A stretch of 64,000 bases of DNA from IMG/VR virus record IMGVR_UViG_3300022752_004829, positions 19,359-83,358 of that record. The stretch is one strand, 5' to 3'. A model generated the notes under the pieces. That model was not told where the DNA came from. It did no database searches and saw only the letters and a program-made list of their open reading frames with translations. The DNA is from a virus. Of the stretch, positions 51,401-59,324 are shown piece by piece (the stretch's first letter is position 1; every line of letters begins with the position of its first letter). The position numbers and the translations under genes were made by a program.

Positions 51401-52402
51401 ATTATTATATACAGAATACTCTTTACCTAAATCTCCTAAAGCTGCTTTTAAAATATTAATTTGGAAAACACCGCCAACGCTCTCAGCTACTTGAGACCTT
51501 TGAGAATCAGATAATGTATCGAATGTTGAGGCTAATTCTTGTAAAATAGAAATTGCTGGACGTGTACTGCCATCGAGATCTCTTACCCTTAACCCTAAAT
51601 TTTCTAATTGATCGAGTACATCTGTTCTTTGAATTCTTGTAAAGATTGTTTTTAATGAGTTACCAATAACTGCACCACCTCTAGCAGTTGTTTGTTGAAC
51701 GCTTGTAACGATAGCTAATAATTCATCAAAATTTACCCCTGCATCTTGAGCAGAACTACCTACTCGTTGTATTGCATTTGCTAAATCGCCAGAACTAACA
51801 GCAAAAGCTGCATCAACATTCGCTAATTTATTAATAATCTGTGTTGAATCTAGCGCAGCTTTACTAAAACTGTTAATTGTAGCCGTCAATGCTTCTACGG
51901 AACTAACAGTATCTAATCCACTTAATCTAGTTAGAATTAGTGCATCTCTTGTTCTTTTTAATGTTTCTTCGACTCCTAAACCTTGACGCGCTAATTCTGT
52001 AGCCGCCCCAGCTACTGCATCAAATGATTGACCAGTACTCTTAGCAATATTGAATAAATCCCCTCCAAATTTCTGTAGACCTTTAGATGTAGTATTTAAT
52101 ATAACATTAATATCTGTAAGGGATTTCTCTACATTTATAGTACTTTTAATTAAATCTATAAAAGCCCTTTCTACTGCAAAAATTGCTCCAGCACTTGCTC
52201 CGAATGCGATAACACGAGCATTTGAAGCATCTAATGATTTTTGAAATTCATTAGAAGCTCCTGTTATACGACCTAATGGCTGAGTAAATGCTTTTTCATT
52301 AAGTCCTTTAAATTTAAAATCGCGAGATAATGCATTTTGAATATCTCTTTCTAATTGCCTTGTATCTGCACCAACCGATATTTGAGCGGTAGTTCTAGCC
52401 AT
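45476..52402 (-). CDS. Tail tape measure protein (TP901-family N-terminus) with accessory modules
   Basis: 2308 aa; ELARQGL, INKLANVD..FAVSS..LA.AI.R.GS and G.VIGNSLKTIFTRI; Gly/Ala helices; duplicated DD.PAML..GEYVI; follows tube and chaperone genes. Confidence 0.92.
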   Translation of the reverse strand: MARTTAQISVGADTRQLERDIQNALSRDFKFKGLNEKAFTQPLGRITGASNEFQKSLDASNARVIAFGASAGAIFAVERAFIDLIKSTINVEKSLTDINVILNTTSKGLQKFGGDLFNIAKSTGQSFDAVAGAATELARQGLGVEETLKRTRDALILTRLSGLDTVSSVEALTATINSFSKAALDSTQIINKLANVDAAFAVSSGDLANAIQRVGSSAQDAGVNFDELLAIVTSVQQTTARGGAVIGNSLKTIFTRIQRTDVLDQLENLGLRVRDLDGSTRPAISILQELASTFDTLSDSQRSQVAESVGGVFQINILKAALGDLGKEYSVYNNALNTSRSATDQAIKRNEALNETLSALVNRTLTNFTQLGAKIGAGAFQPALESTLKNINNVLEIVSNQDTESVGTKIGQGILGGLSTFISGPGLLLVTAVIGKLFLDLTKFAATSAKTLLGIGKQAEQRAQIEGKISSILAQEPQLLAAINAKQITVLDVENKILNILREQNLLRQQAATLSSTITGGLLGKGVTVKGGQITTKSSGFIPNFVMDEIYGALAGGYKPGKIKEMNIPGMGRTIYNSAEKVKRFPGFSQPAIMPPSNSRAGSNYKNNFSSIYGFNPYSNRGFIPNFVSTASLVNQGFKKISNEQAEVLSKDIEFSKYIRGSATSGFFLDSSVEDRALKAYKLKTESRLLGRGRGVLSDGDIERTGAVLVYPSFGGGGLGSTSARANKYVSRNSGESPSFLFSTFGFPGQTAGLGEELYNDIQGKLKQSVYKFINDAALTPKDLFDDARFENYVNTNVNRSTIESALGGVFEAGLKSAIFSAVDDPNAPLDLSQSELAKLSRTFKGAKGLGKFTIGEVKNALNDSNAESMANKIASSKGYKLKSGVKTKASVGYIPNFSALASSIGRELEAGIPAESIRIGKSRLLMSNKNPMGLGVYNTKDEPRGLSQGISRFSSLQDARQAGASNGFIPNYAIYTASQAEQGPILSQGSKELEVAVSSLIKSVLNGSKSFSEAKLNIDQLSRQFDIAEPSLSRLNNSLRQADLVNRRLVTETEALVSQSGRIFTGRRALEQLERRAAQGGVAGELARGGLEQGRAARSAAASRLQGIGIGASIAVPITSQIAQEFFPENKAVKFGTTVLGDTAAFAGTGALFGPYGAAIGGLIGVTIGLTKAFKNLNDNAELLARNSRDSANRVSRFSEDVQSFLISREKAAGIESGNITGTPTDLAKIESERDSALARIYSSVSPKVQKALEEAYINSNEQGLQAALQAAQDEIASANFVNQFIERVDKDLKNGAKNLDLTDLLRQFTSIRTTSGKYIGDLLIEQKNLFGSFDILANASEKYYNLNNQVAESIEAASVAADRATMSINEFTDNDLFGFNTRGLLNFGDNQPRGFGTTPYPFNPNNPPKNIYELNPEERQQRVYQIEKERLAYEKDLASAFENSTLELKSFVLNLGKIGELEPEKANSLANELDRLLKDETVPLTEKIKILQKVFGDVQNASALVTQQLKELKKAELNLTNFATRFNQLFSPDESIKNFALENIQSSDFNNLYQEYMRGRPDLQPGQILKDLYAGNVGAVGAATLDEKKRLQGDKEREAAFKAFASTVAKGGSVDLAFANLQINLQNSANSAAMTTKNAVDLGSSIGDAALRTEVLNIYTARESELKKELGDNIIKLNYATSAAVDSLKAIAGFKEGTLFADEYKQLQNAAREKKIRSGQGSVTDIFGAFSDEMTYGTQDAFRDLNNIASDTARTMKSQFNEAFQSIIDGTQNVGDAFQSMALNVSRRIQQLALEMTTNAITNSLFSSIGGIPSFFKNPLGGAGGGYVTSNRIQRFSNGGKVLGGSGTKDDVPAMLSQGEYVIKKSSVRKYGENFLHALNQGGGIKMANGGEFDPETGIDRDFYPSMGGGGGRSFDLSESKTTKNISQQLDIPAVDESKLSQQEQVLAQMLRDSTKEGDGRVIDLNTKNKLESALKAIEEYKDINITSQYSDFVSSVGEFRANLAGFYRYDNPGFPSAGEYVLDPLLSSYAILNENDPQNRSAIEKREALISYLAEGLSLYESNKQAILDTIERNRQERIRVDEINRQNRENFRNQQQNTLLGGLLGAAGSIGAGAFQKYGAPKIREGLYSLFGSNQVRRATPANRSATGDFDPYKYAKYVKDGGFIKFAEGGPSGKDDIPAMLMGGEYVIRKDAVNTYGKKFFENLNNGKIRKFADGGYVANDGTNMDIKDNSRATNIEPSLVNNISISVNLGDSSATATNMDNNNQETSSSDYATKAKELSNKIRNEVIKVITEQQRPGGLLRK

Positions 52403-52473
52403 TCCTTTTACCTTTCCTATTATAGATTACACGAAATATAACTTAATTTTCTATTCGATAAGGTTATTTTGTC

Positions 52474-53478
52474 CTAAATTCCATGTAATTTTAAAAGGTC
52501 TTGCATATTTAATGTGCCACCCCTTTTCTTAGCTTCTTCATCTAAACTAATATTTTTAGTTTTCTGATCTAAACCTGCTTTCTGTAAATCTTCCTTAGAT
52601 GCACCTACTATTGAAGTCGCAACAGTATCACCCTTATTTTTGCTTTTTTCTAGTAATTCTTCAGCATTCTTACTACTTTCAAGCCATTCAATCAATTTAT
52701 CTGGATCTTCAAAATATTCATCTGAAGGTTTATGTTTCGCATAACTTAATTGATTCTTAAAGAATTTAGCGTAAGAGAACGTCTCTATTTGATAAAATGT
52801 TAGATTTATTATACTTTTACCATACATATGATATGGGTTATCATCGGAAGCATTAAATAAAGTTAGATGACTATTTAGTAAAGAAATTTTTTTTAAATTT
52901 TTCTCATTAAAATTAGATAGCGTATTATTATATAATTCTACAAGATTTGTAATATCTAGATTTTCTAGCTCTTCAAATTCAGACTCAGAGAAGAAATTCT
53001 TCTTCAATTCTTCGTCTTTATATATTGATATATACATATAATATTCATTTATTTTTTTATTGGCATAATCTTCGGCAGTAAAACCTATTAATTCTTTTTT
53101 TTCTAAATTTAACTTAAGAAGTTTAGTGCTTTCCTGTTTAATCTGATTATTTATAACTTCTAAATCTGCATTTCTAAATAATTTAGATTTAGTCTTCTTA
53201 AGACCAATAAGATATTCTTTTATTTTTTCTATTTCTTTATTTTTTTCTTCGGACCAAAGATTCTCTTTTAAAATATATTCTTCCTGATCTTTTAATGAAG
53301 GTAATTTTTTACTAATAGCTTTATCATAAAATTCTTGTTTTTTTAAGTCAATTTCACCAGATGATAATGAATCCATATGTTTAATATATATGGATTGGTT
53401 ATTGAATAAAGCTTTAGAATACCCTTTTAAAATATCTACTAAATATAGTCTTAAGAAATTTTTATTCTGGCTTTCCAC
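52474..53478 (-). CDS. Hypothetical protein, probable tail assembly chaperone
   Basis: Helical, charged ORF directly upstream of the tape measure gene; positional inference. Confidence 0.5.
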   Translation of the reverse strand: MESQNKNFLRLYLVDILKGYSKALFNNQSIYIKHMDSLSSGEIDLKKQEFYDKAISKKLPSLKDQEEYILKENLWSEEKNKEIEKIKEYLIGLKKTKSKLFRNADLEVINNQIKQESTKLLKLNLEKKELIGFTAEDYANKKINEYYMYISIYKDEELKKNFFSESEFEELENLDITNLVELYNNTLSNFNEKNLKKISLLNSHLTLFNASDDNPYHMYGKSIINLTFYQIETFSYAKFFKNQLSYAKHKPSDEYFEDPDKLIEWLESSKNAEELLEKSKNKGDTVATSIVGASKEDLQKAGLDQKTKNISLDEEAKKRGGTLNMQDLLKLHGI

Positions 53479-54214
53479 TCTTCGTTTCTTCTAGATTAAA
53501 TAATTTTTCAAATTCTTCTTGAGTAGAAGCTCTACCCATATACCAGAAACTAATTAATAAAACTAATTTTTGGCACAATTTTTCAAAAAATGAATCACTT
53601 GTTTCTTCAAGACGATCATATTCTTTTAATTTTTCTTCAAAAGATCCGTCCCCAAAAATAGCCTTTAAGGAACCATCTTCTTGTCTTTCGTAAGAAAGAT
53701 TTAATACCCAGAACATAATAGTTTTATTTCTAGCTCTATTCTCTGCGGTTTGATCAAAAAGACTAGCTTGGGCAAATTCATAATCTTGAATTTTTTCTCT
53801 AACTTGAGTAATCTCTTTAATTAAAGATTCATATTCATCTTTTTCTTCTTGAGTCTTATCTTCTTTTATTGAGATTCTTTGAAAATCATTTTGGAGTTGA
53901 AATAGTTTTAAATATAAACGAGTATATTCTTCTTTATCTATTTCACTAAATATACCACCATCATTTGTAAATCTTTTTGCTAATAGCGCTCTTGTTAATA
54001 AACCTGCTTTAATACCTTCAGACAAGCGAACTCCATAGAATAATTCCGCTTCATCAAACATACTCCTTGTGGGTTTTTTTATCAAAAAGTATTTTGCTAC
54101 TTCTTTTTTTACATTTTTAGAGATTTGAATTTCTTCGCCCTTTTCATTCTTTTCTACATTAGTTTCTTTAACTTCTATTTGTTTATTTAAAGAGAATTCG
54201 TACAGTTTTTTCAT
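53462..54214 (-). CDS. Hypothetical protein, probable tail assembly chaperone
   Basis: Acidic helical ORF between the tail tube and tape measure genes; TAE..A motif shared with 52474..53478. Confidence 0.5.
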   Translation of the reverse strand: MKKLYEFSLNKQIEVKETNVEKNEKGEEIQISKNVKKEVAKYFLIKKPTRSMFDEAELFYGVRLSEGIKAGLLTRALLAKRFTNDGGIFSEIDKEEYTRLYLKLFQLQNDFQRISIKEDKTQEEKDEYESLIKEITQVREKIQDYEFAQASLFDQTAENRARNKTIMFWVLNLSYERQEDGSLKAIFGDGSFEEKLKEYDRLEETSDSFFEKLCQKLVLLISFWYMGRASTQEEFEKLFNLEETKSGKPE

Positions 54215-54480
54215 AATTTATTTCTTTCTAGATTTTCTAAGAATCTTTTTACTTTAGAAAAGTATACAACACCACCAATAGTTTTAATAAATTTATTTCT
54301 TTTTTCCTCATTCCATGAATCATAAAATTTTAAAAAATTTAAACTTGTAAGATTTGTATAATTTGGATTTTTAACTCCAAATTCATTAACTAAAGTTCGT
54401 TGAATAGTCTGTAGAGATAAATTATTCTCTATAATTTTCTCTATTGGGATAGATTGATAAAAATTTATTTTCTTTTTCAT
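54211..54480 (-). CDS. Hypothetical protein
   Basis: 89-aa ORF translationally coupled (ATGA overlaps) to its neighbours. Confidence 0.55.
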   Translation of the reverse strand: MKKKINFYQSIPIEKIIENNLSLQTIQRTLVNEFGVKNPNYTNLTSLNFLKFYDSWNEEKRNKFIKTIGGVVYFSKVKRFLENLERNKL

Positions 54481-54698
54481 TTTAGATTTACGTCTATTGT
54501 TTCGAAATGTTCTTCTATTTCTCTTATTGCATCATTTGCATTATCAAGTATTCTTTTGCGTATTTTTTGATAAGTTTCATCAGGTATATTATATCCAGAA
54601 TCTGACAAATCTTCTAGAATAAAAAAGAAATTCTTATATGTATTAATGATTTTTCGCTTTATTTGAAATAAAGTTATTTCTTTAATTTTATGCTCCAT
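54477..54698 (-). CDS. Hypothetical protein
   Basis: 73-aa ORF with GTGTAA and AAGG-rich RBS upstream. Confidence 0.6.
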   Translation of the reverse strand: MEHKIKEITLFQIKRKIINTYKNFFFILEDLSDSGYNIPDETYQKIRKRILDNANDAIREIEEHFETIDVNLK

Positions 54699-54736
54699 AT
54701 ACCTTTAACCAACCTTTACCTTAATACTATTTACAC

Positions 54737-54767
54737 AAAAAATAACCCCCGTAGAAACGGGGGTTAT
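54737..54767 (-). terminator. Rho-independent terminator after the major tail gene
   Basis: 11-bp perfect stem ATAACCCCCGT/ACGGGGGTTAT with a 4-nt loop and a T-run on the minus strand. Confidence 0.9.
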
Positions 54768-54789
54768 CTTTATAATTTATTCTTAATTA

Positions 54790-55929
54790 TTAGGCTTGAC
54801 CGCTGATGAATAATCCGCGAACTGTATCTTGAGGTCCACCGATTTGTGCGCTAAACGTAAGAGTAACCGTTTTATTACTACCAATATCTGAACTATATTC
54901 TTGACTATCAAGTTTAGCACCTTTAAGGGTATATTTAGCCACAACATTATTATTTCCACAGGCTGGATTTTTGATGGATATTGATGGATTATATGTGTTC
55001 GTGTCATTACAAATTAGATCATTGATGCTTCCTTCATTAAGATCTGTTACTTGAGCATCAACGCTTAGAGTTACAGTTAATGGGAAATCAATTGGTCTAG
55101 AGAATGCAAATTTACTACCAAGTTTTTGAATTGGGGTACGAGCCAAATCAAAACTTAATGTATAGCTTTGAACATTCATTGTAGTAGTATTTACTCCACC
55201 ACCAGATGTTTGAGGAATTGTTATAGTTATATCTCCTGGGCGCAATGCGCTTACTCCACTAGCTAAACCAGTAGAAGAAGTCATTGCTGCGGTTGGAAGA
55301 GTATAATAATTTGATACTGAAGTTCCATCGGCAGGATTTATAGCAGGAATATAATTTCCAGTTGTTCCTTTTTGGAAATTCATATTTAGTCCTTCAACAT
55401 TAATAGTTGTTGTTGGGAAGTTACCTACAGAACCTTCTGTAGAATAAGAGCTAATAAAACCGTTTCCGATTCCAATAACTCCGTTATCTGCGGCGGTAGT
55501 ACTATCATAATTTACAGCATCATTACCTTCTGGAACAGTACGGATAAAATAATTTCTTTCGTCTTGGGTTCCATTTAGGAATCCAGATATTGCAGAAACT
55601 TCTGTTGTATCGCCAGATTTATTTAATGTAAATCCTAAAGCTGATTCATTAGCAAGATTTGCTAAAAGATAGCTAAAATCTAATGAAACTGTTGGATTGG
55701 TCAATATTACTCGATCAATAGCTGCTAATTGACCAAATTGATTAACGTCTGTGCGATTTACTGTAAAGCTATAATTGGCTGTTTGAATTCTTTGAAGTTG
55801 TTTAACTAAAGAATTTCCAGTTGGTCCGACCCAAGGAGTGTTAGCTCCAGAAGTTAAGTGAAAACCTGTGGCTGGTGCTGGACCAGCATATAAAGCTTCA
55901 GATTGATAAATTATACGATTTCTTGCCAT
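54790..55929 (-). CDS. Major tail (tube) protein
   Basis: Beta-rich, small-residue-rich protein with GGAG RBS, its own GTGTAA motif and terminator (highly expressed); sits between neck genes and the chaperone/TMP genes. Confidence 0.7.
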   Translation of the reverse strand: MARNRIIYQSEALYAGPAPATGFHLTSGANTPWVGPTGNSLVKQLQRIQTANYSFTVNRTDVNQFGQLAAIDRVILTNPTVSLDFSYLLANLANESALGFTLNKSGDTTEVSAISGFLNGTQDERNYFIRTVPEGNDAVNYDSTTAADNGVIGIGNGFISSYSTEGSVGNFPTTTINVEGLNMNFQKGTTGNYIPAINPADGTSVSNYYTLPTAAMTSSTGLASGVSALRPGDITITIPQTSGGGVNTTTMNVQSYTLSFDLARTPIQKLGSKFAFSRPIDFPLTVTLSVDAQVTDLNEGSINDLICNDTNTYNPSISIKNPACGNNNVVAKYTLKGAKLDSQEYSSDIGSNKTVTLTFSAQIGGPQDTVRGLFISGQA

Positions 55930-55986
55930 ATTATTGTTTCTCCATTTACTGTTATTACACTATATTTTTTATTTTTTCCACTTTTT

Positions 55987-56853
55987 TTATGATAATCTTG
56001 GATATCTATTAGAAGATAGTTCAAAATCAATAAACGCAGTAAATAAATTAGGATTTAACTTATTATAGGTATTGCTAAGCCTGCTGTCAACTTTAGATAT
56101 ATTTACTTCATCTATGAAAAGATAATCCTTATCTACAACCTTATTTTGAGTTATTTCAACATAATTAAAGCACGTTCCAGTGCAACTTCCGAGTGAATTA
56201 AATGGCATTTCATTAGAATATATTAATGGCATTAATGTCCTTGATGTATCTCTAAATATACTAGCTACAGCATCTAATTTAAATATATCATCTGATAAAA
56301 CAATAGCCCTTATTCTATATATAGTTTGATCTAAACCTCCAAAAGCTAATGGTTCATTAATGCTTCCTTGGTTTTTTAGATATACCGCTGGATATGTTTC
56401 AGCGTTAGTAGGAAGACCAGTAGGATTCTGATAAGTCTTTGGATTTATCTGAAATTGAGTCTCGAACAATAAATCCTCCTCGGTTTCGCTCGTTAAAAAT
56501 ATATTAAAATCTTTTACCGCATAATTACCACTTATAGATGTTGATGGATTCTGTATGATGCTACTGAAATATAGTTGACCTTGAGAAGCATTAATTCCAC
56601 TTAAAGTTCCCTGCCCTGGCATAGTAAATACTCCGCTAACATATACCCCACTAATAATATTCGCGCCGCTTATAGACTCGTCAATAACTAACTGTTTAAA
56701 TGGTGCACCATAGGTATTATATCCATAATATAAATTATTTAATGGATAAAAATAACTAGAGTAATTAGTAAAAGCTTCTCCTTTAGTTAATAGTTTATTA
56801 TCAAACCAAAATAACATACTGCTCATTACTATATTATCTAATTGAGGTTTCAT
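55987..56853 (-). CDS. Putative tail terminator / neck protein
   Basis: YPAVYL....EPLAFGG.D...IRAIV pattern; lies upstream of the tube gene. Confidence 0.5.
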   Translation of the reverse strand: MKPQLDNIVMSSMLFWFDNKLLTKGEAFTNYSSYFYPLNNLYYGYNTYGAPFKQLVIDESISGANIISGVYVSGVFTMPGQGTLSGINASQGQLYFSSIIQNPSTSISGNYAVKDFNIFLTSETEEDLLFETQFQINPKTYQNPTGLPTNAETYPAVYLKNQGSINEPLAFGGLDQTIYRIRAIVLSDDIFKLDAVASIFRDTSRTLMPLIYSNEMPFNSLGSCTGTCFNYVEITQNKVVDKDYLFIDEVNISKVDSRLSNTYNKLNPNLFTAFIDFELSSNRYPRLS

Positions 56854-57434
56854 TATTTGAAGCTCCCTATGAATTTATTATATAAAAAAGAAAAATATTT
56901 TACAGGTTTATAGTTACCACGGCGAATACGATTCTCTGTTTGTATACCAGTTCCAGATCGGCTTCTTGGAAATATTAATCCAAATAAATAATTACTAAAT
57001 CCAGATATTCCCCTTTCAATTCCTTTCAACCAACTATTTCCGCCTTCAAATGGCATAGGAGTAATAGATTTTAATTCATCTAAGGATGGAGTTAAAACTT
57101 GAAATTTAAATATACCATCTTTAGAAGAGATTTCTTTTAGCTCTGTATTAGTCTTTATGTATCCAACTACTTCTCCAATAGGATCGTTACCTTGATCAAA
57201 ACCTATAAAACTAAATAAGTTTCCTTGTCCATTTAATGTTCTTGAAATATTTTCTGATTCAGAACCGTTTTTTAATTCTACGGAAACAGGATGATTTTCA
57301 ATCTCATTTAGATAGATTTGCTTTTTCTCTTCTAAAATAGAATTAGCAAAATTAAAAGCTTCTTTTCTTATCGCTTCAGTTTGAGCGGCTAAAGTTTCTT
57401 TTCTTAATAAATCTTTATTTATCCTTGAAGCCAT
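56853..57434 (-). CDS. Putative neck / tail-completion protein
   Basis: GNLFSFIGF, W..GIE.G and a basic C-terminus; positional inference. Confidence 0.45.
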   Translation of the reverse strand: MASRINKDLLRKETLAAQTEAIRKEAFNFANSILEEKKQIYLNEIENHPVSVELKNGSESENISRTLNGQGNLFSFIGFDQGNDPIGEVVGYIKTNTELKEISSKDGIFKFQVLTPSLDELKSITPMPFEGGNSWLKGIERGISGFSNYLFGLIFPRSRSGTGIQTENRIRRGNYKPVKYFSFLYNKFIGSFK

Positions 57435-57871
57435 TACTTTGTTTCCTCCAAAAAGTATTGATAATATGTATTATTAAGATATTTTCTTACTGCATAAGTT
57501 GAAATAGAATTGTAGGTTTTTCCATCAAATTCTATTTTTATAGTTTTGCCTTCTGATATAAAATCTTTAGCGGCTTCTTTTACTATTATAGAAGTTTTGC
57601 CTTGCGGTATGTTTACCCTCAAATCGGCTAACAGATCTTCGACTTGATTCTTCTGGTAAGATATTCTAGCCATAAAAACCCCAGTAACAGGAATATAGGT
57701 ATAATTAGTATCGTTTGATTGACTATTATAGCCATATAAATTTGTTTGTTGTACTTGATTTATTACTTGTATAGGCTCCTTATGAACAACAATTGGCCTT
57801 GCAAAATAATCAAAAAAGCTTTCAAATTCTGCCGAAAAACTTGCCGCAACTCCTGAGTCTATAAAGCTCAT
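57434..57871 (-). CDS. Putative head-closure (stopper) protein
   Basis: Small beta protein (ARI.Y..KIEFDG..Y) in the neck cluster. Confidence 0.45.
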   Translation of the reverse strand: MSFIDSGVAASFSAEFESFFDYFARPIVVHKEPIQVINQVQQTNLYGYNSQSNDTNYTYIPVTGVFMARISYQKNQVEDLLADLRVNIPQGKTSIIVKEAAKDFISEGKTIKIEFDGKTYNSISTYAVRKYLNNTYYQYFLEETK

Positions 57872-57879
57872 AAACCAAT

Positions 57880-58380
57880 TTATGGATTATAATATCCACG
57901 ATATCCTGGGTCTCCAATATAATGTCTATAAGAACCTGGAATAGTGTCATCGCCAGCCACTTGTATTGGACGTATCTCATTTATTCCATATTGATCTACT
58001 AAAGATTTTAGCTCATCATACTCTTGTTTTCTAATAGATAAATAATTTTTTAAAACTTCATTTTTATTTATTTTTTGTACGGAACCGTAATCATCTTTTA
58101 TAGATGTAAAATCAGAAATAGCTAAGCTCCCAGTACTTTTAATTTTTAGGTCATAATAGTATATATTATACATCTTTTTAAAGATATATTTTTGAGTATC
58201 ATTAAGAGCGGGAGCTATTTCTAATCCTTGATCATTAATTGAAAAGGACTCATTTAAAATATTATTCAAACCGCCAATATTTCTTCTTAACCAAGCTGAA
58301 ATAGCGGCTATACTAAAATCTGAAGGCTCGCCTAATTCTTCAAATATCTCTTGAGCTATAGAAGCAACATAATTAGTCAT
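57880..58380 (-). CDS. Putative head-tail adaptor protein
   Basis: Helical 166-aa ORF, first gene of the neck cluster, with GTGTAA 8 nt upstream. Confidence 0.4.
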   Translation of the reverse strand: MTNYVASIAQEIFEELGEPSDFSIAAISAWLRRNIGGLNNILNESFSINDQGLEIAPALNDTQKYIFKKMYNIYYYDLKIKSTGSLAISDFTSIKDDYGSVQKINKNEVLKNYLSIRKQEYDELKSLVDQYGINEIRPIQVAGDDTIPGSYRHYIGDPGYRGYYNP

Positions 58381-58420
58381 ACACTAAATTACACTATAAT
58401 ATAGCTTTTCAAATATTAAT

Positions 58421-59290
58421 TTAAGATAAACTCTTTAGGATTTCTTCTTTATTAAAAGCTTGAGATAAGTTAAAGTTGCATTGATGTGGAAGCCCAGCAA
58501 ACTCTTTCTCCATTATAATTCCATCTATATTATGAGAAAATATCTTTGCCTGATCATTAGCAATGATATTTTTATGTATATTATACCCTAATTTTTGAGG
58601 AGATGTGCCAATCCAGCATACCGTTGAAGGAAGCATAAGAGCTGCGGCTGCATGTTGAGCGAATGAATCTATTAATAGTCTTTTTTCAGTTAAGGCAAGC
58701 AAAGAGAAAAGTTCTCTAAAATGCGTATCGATTTTTTCAGTATTTTCATAACTAATCTGATCTCTTCTAGCAATATGAAATATATGATAGTCATTTTTTA
58801 ATGAATCAATTAGATCTTTTACTAAGAAATCTGGTAAGTCTCTTGCCCAATTATAATTTACTCCCTCATTACCACCCCCATTCGTTTGAATAATTAAACA
58901 TTTTTTATTTCTATTATATTTTCTTGCCGTATCGATTATTTCTGCGTAATTTAAAAATAGCCTTGGGTTTTCTCCTCCATATTTTAAACCAAACATATTG
59001 CACCATGATTCAATCAAATGCTTATTTTCTGCGACATATTGATGACTTTGATAAACTTCATTACCTAAGAATATAGTATCTTTATCTTTTATAAAATCTT
59101 CATAAAAATATTGCACACCATTCGATTTGTAAATTCTATATACAAATGGATTATTCAAAAAAACTTCTGGATAAGGACAAACTACTATTAATTTTCTATC
59201 TGGAAAATTTTTGGAAATATTTTCAGCTACTGCAGTCGCAGCAATATGCTTACCAATTCCACCCTGCAAAAAGAATACTACAGTTTTCAA
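58421..59290 (-). CDS. GT9-like (heptosyltransferase-type) glycosyltransferase
   Basis: GGIGK.IAAT.V...I..NFPDR.L.V, F.NNP.V and IDSF.QHAAAA...PS.V.W; TTG start. Confidence 0.75.
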   Translation of the reverse strand: MKTVVFFLQGGIGKHIAATAVAENISKNFPDRKLIVVCPYPEVFLNNPFVYRIYKSNGVQYFYEDFIKDKDTIFLGNEVYQSHQYVAENKHLIESWCNMFGLKYGGENPRLFLNYAEIIDTARKYNRNKKCLIIQTNGGGNEGVNYNWARDLPDFLVKDLIDSLKNDYHIFHIARRDQISYENTEKIDTHFRELFSLLALTEKRLLIDSFAQHAAAALMLPSTVCWIGTSPQKLGYNIHKNIIANDQAKIFSHNIDGIIMEKEFAGLPHQCNFNLSQAFNKEEILKSLS

Positions 59291-59324
59291 CTTACTATAT
59301 TATATTGATATATTTAAAAATTAT

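Noticed and set aside
53462-53480. Lambda G/GT-type -1 frameshift between the two putative tail chaperones (T GGA AAG)
   Set aside because: The heptamer is imperfect, and the downstream 334-aa ORF is in the +1 frame; the -1 frame stops after a few codons.
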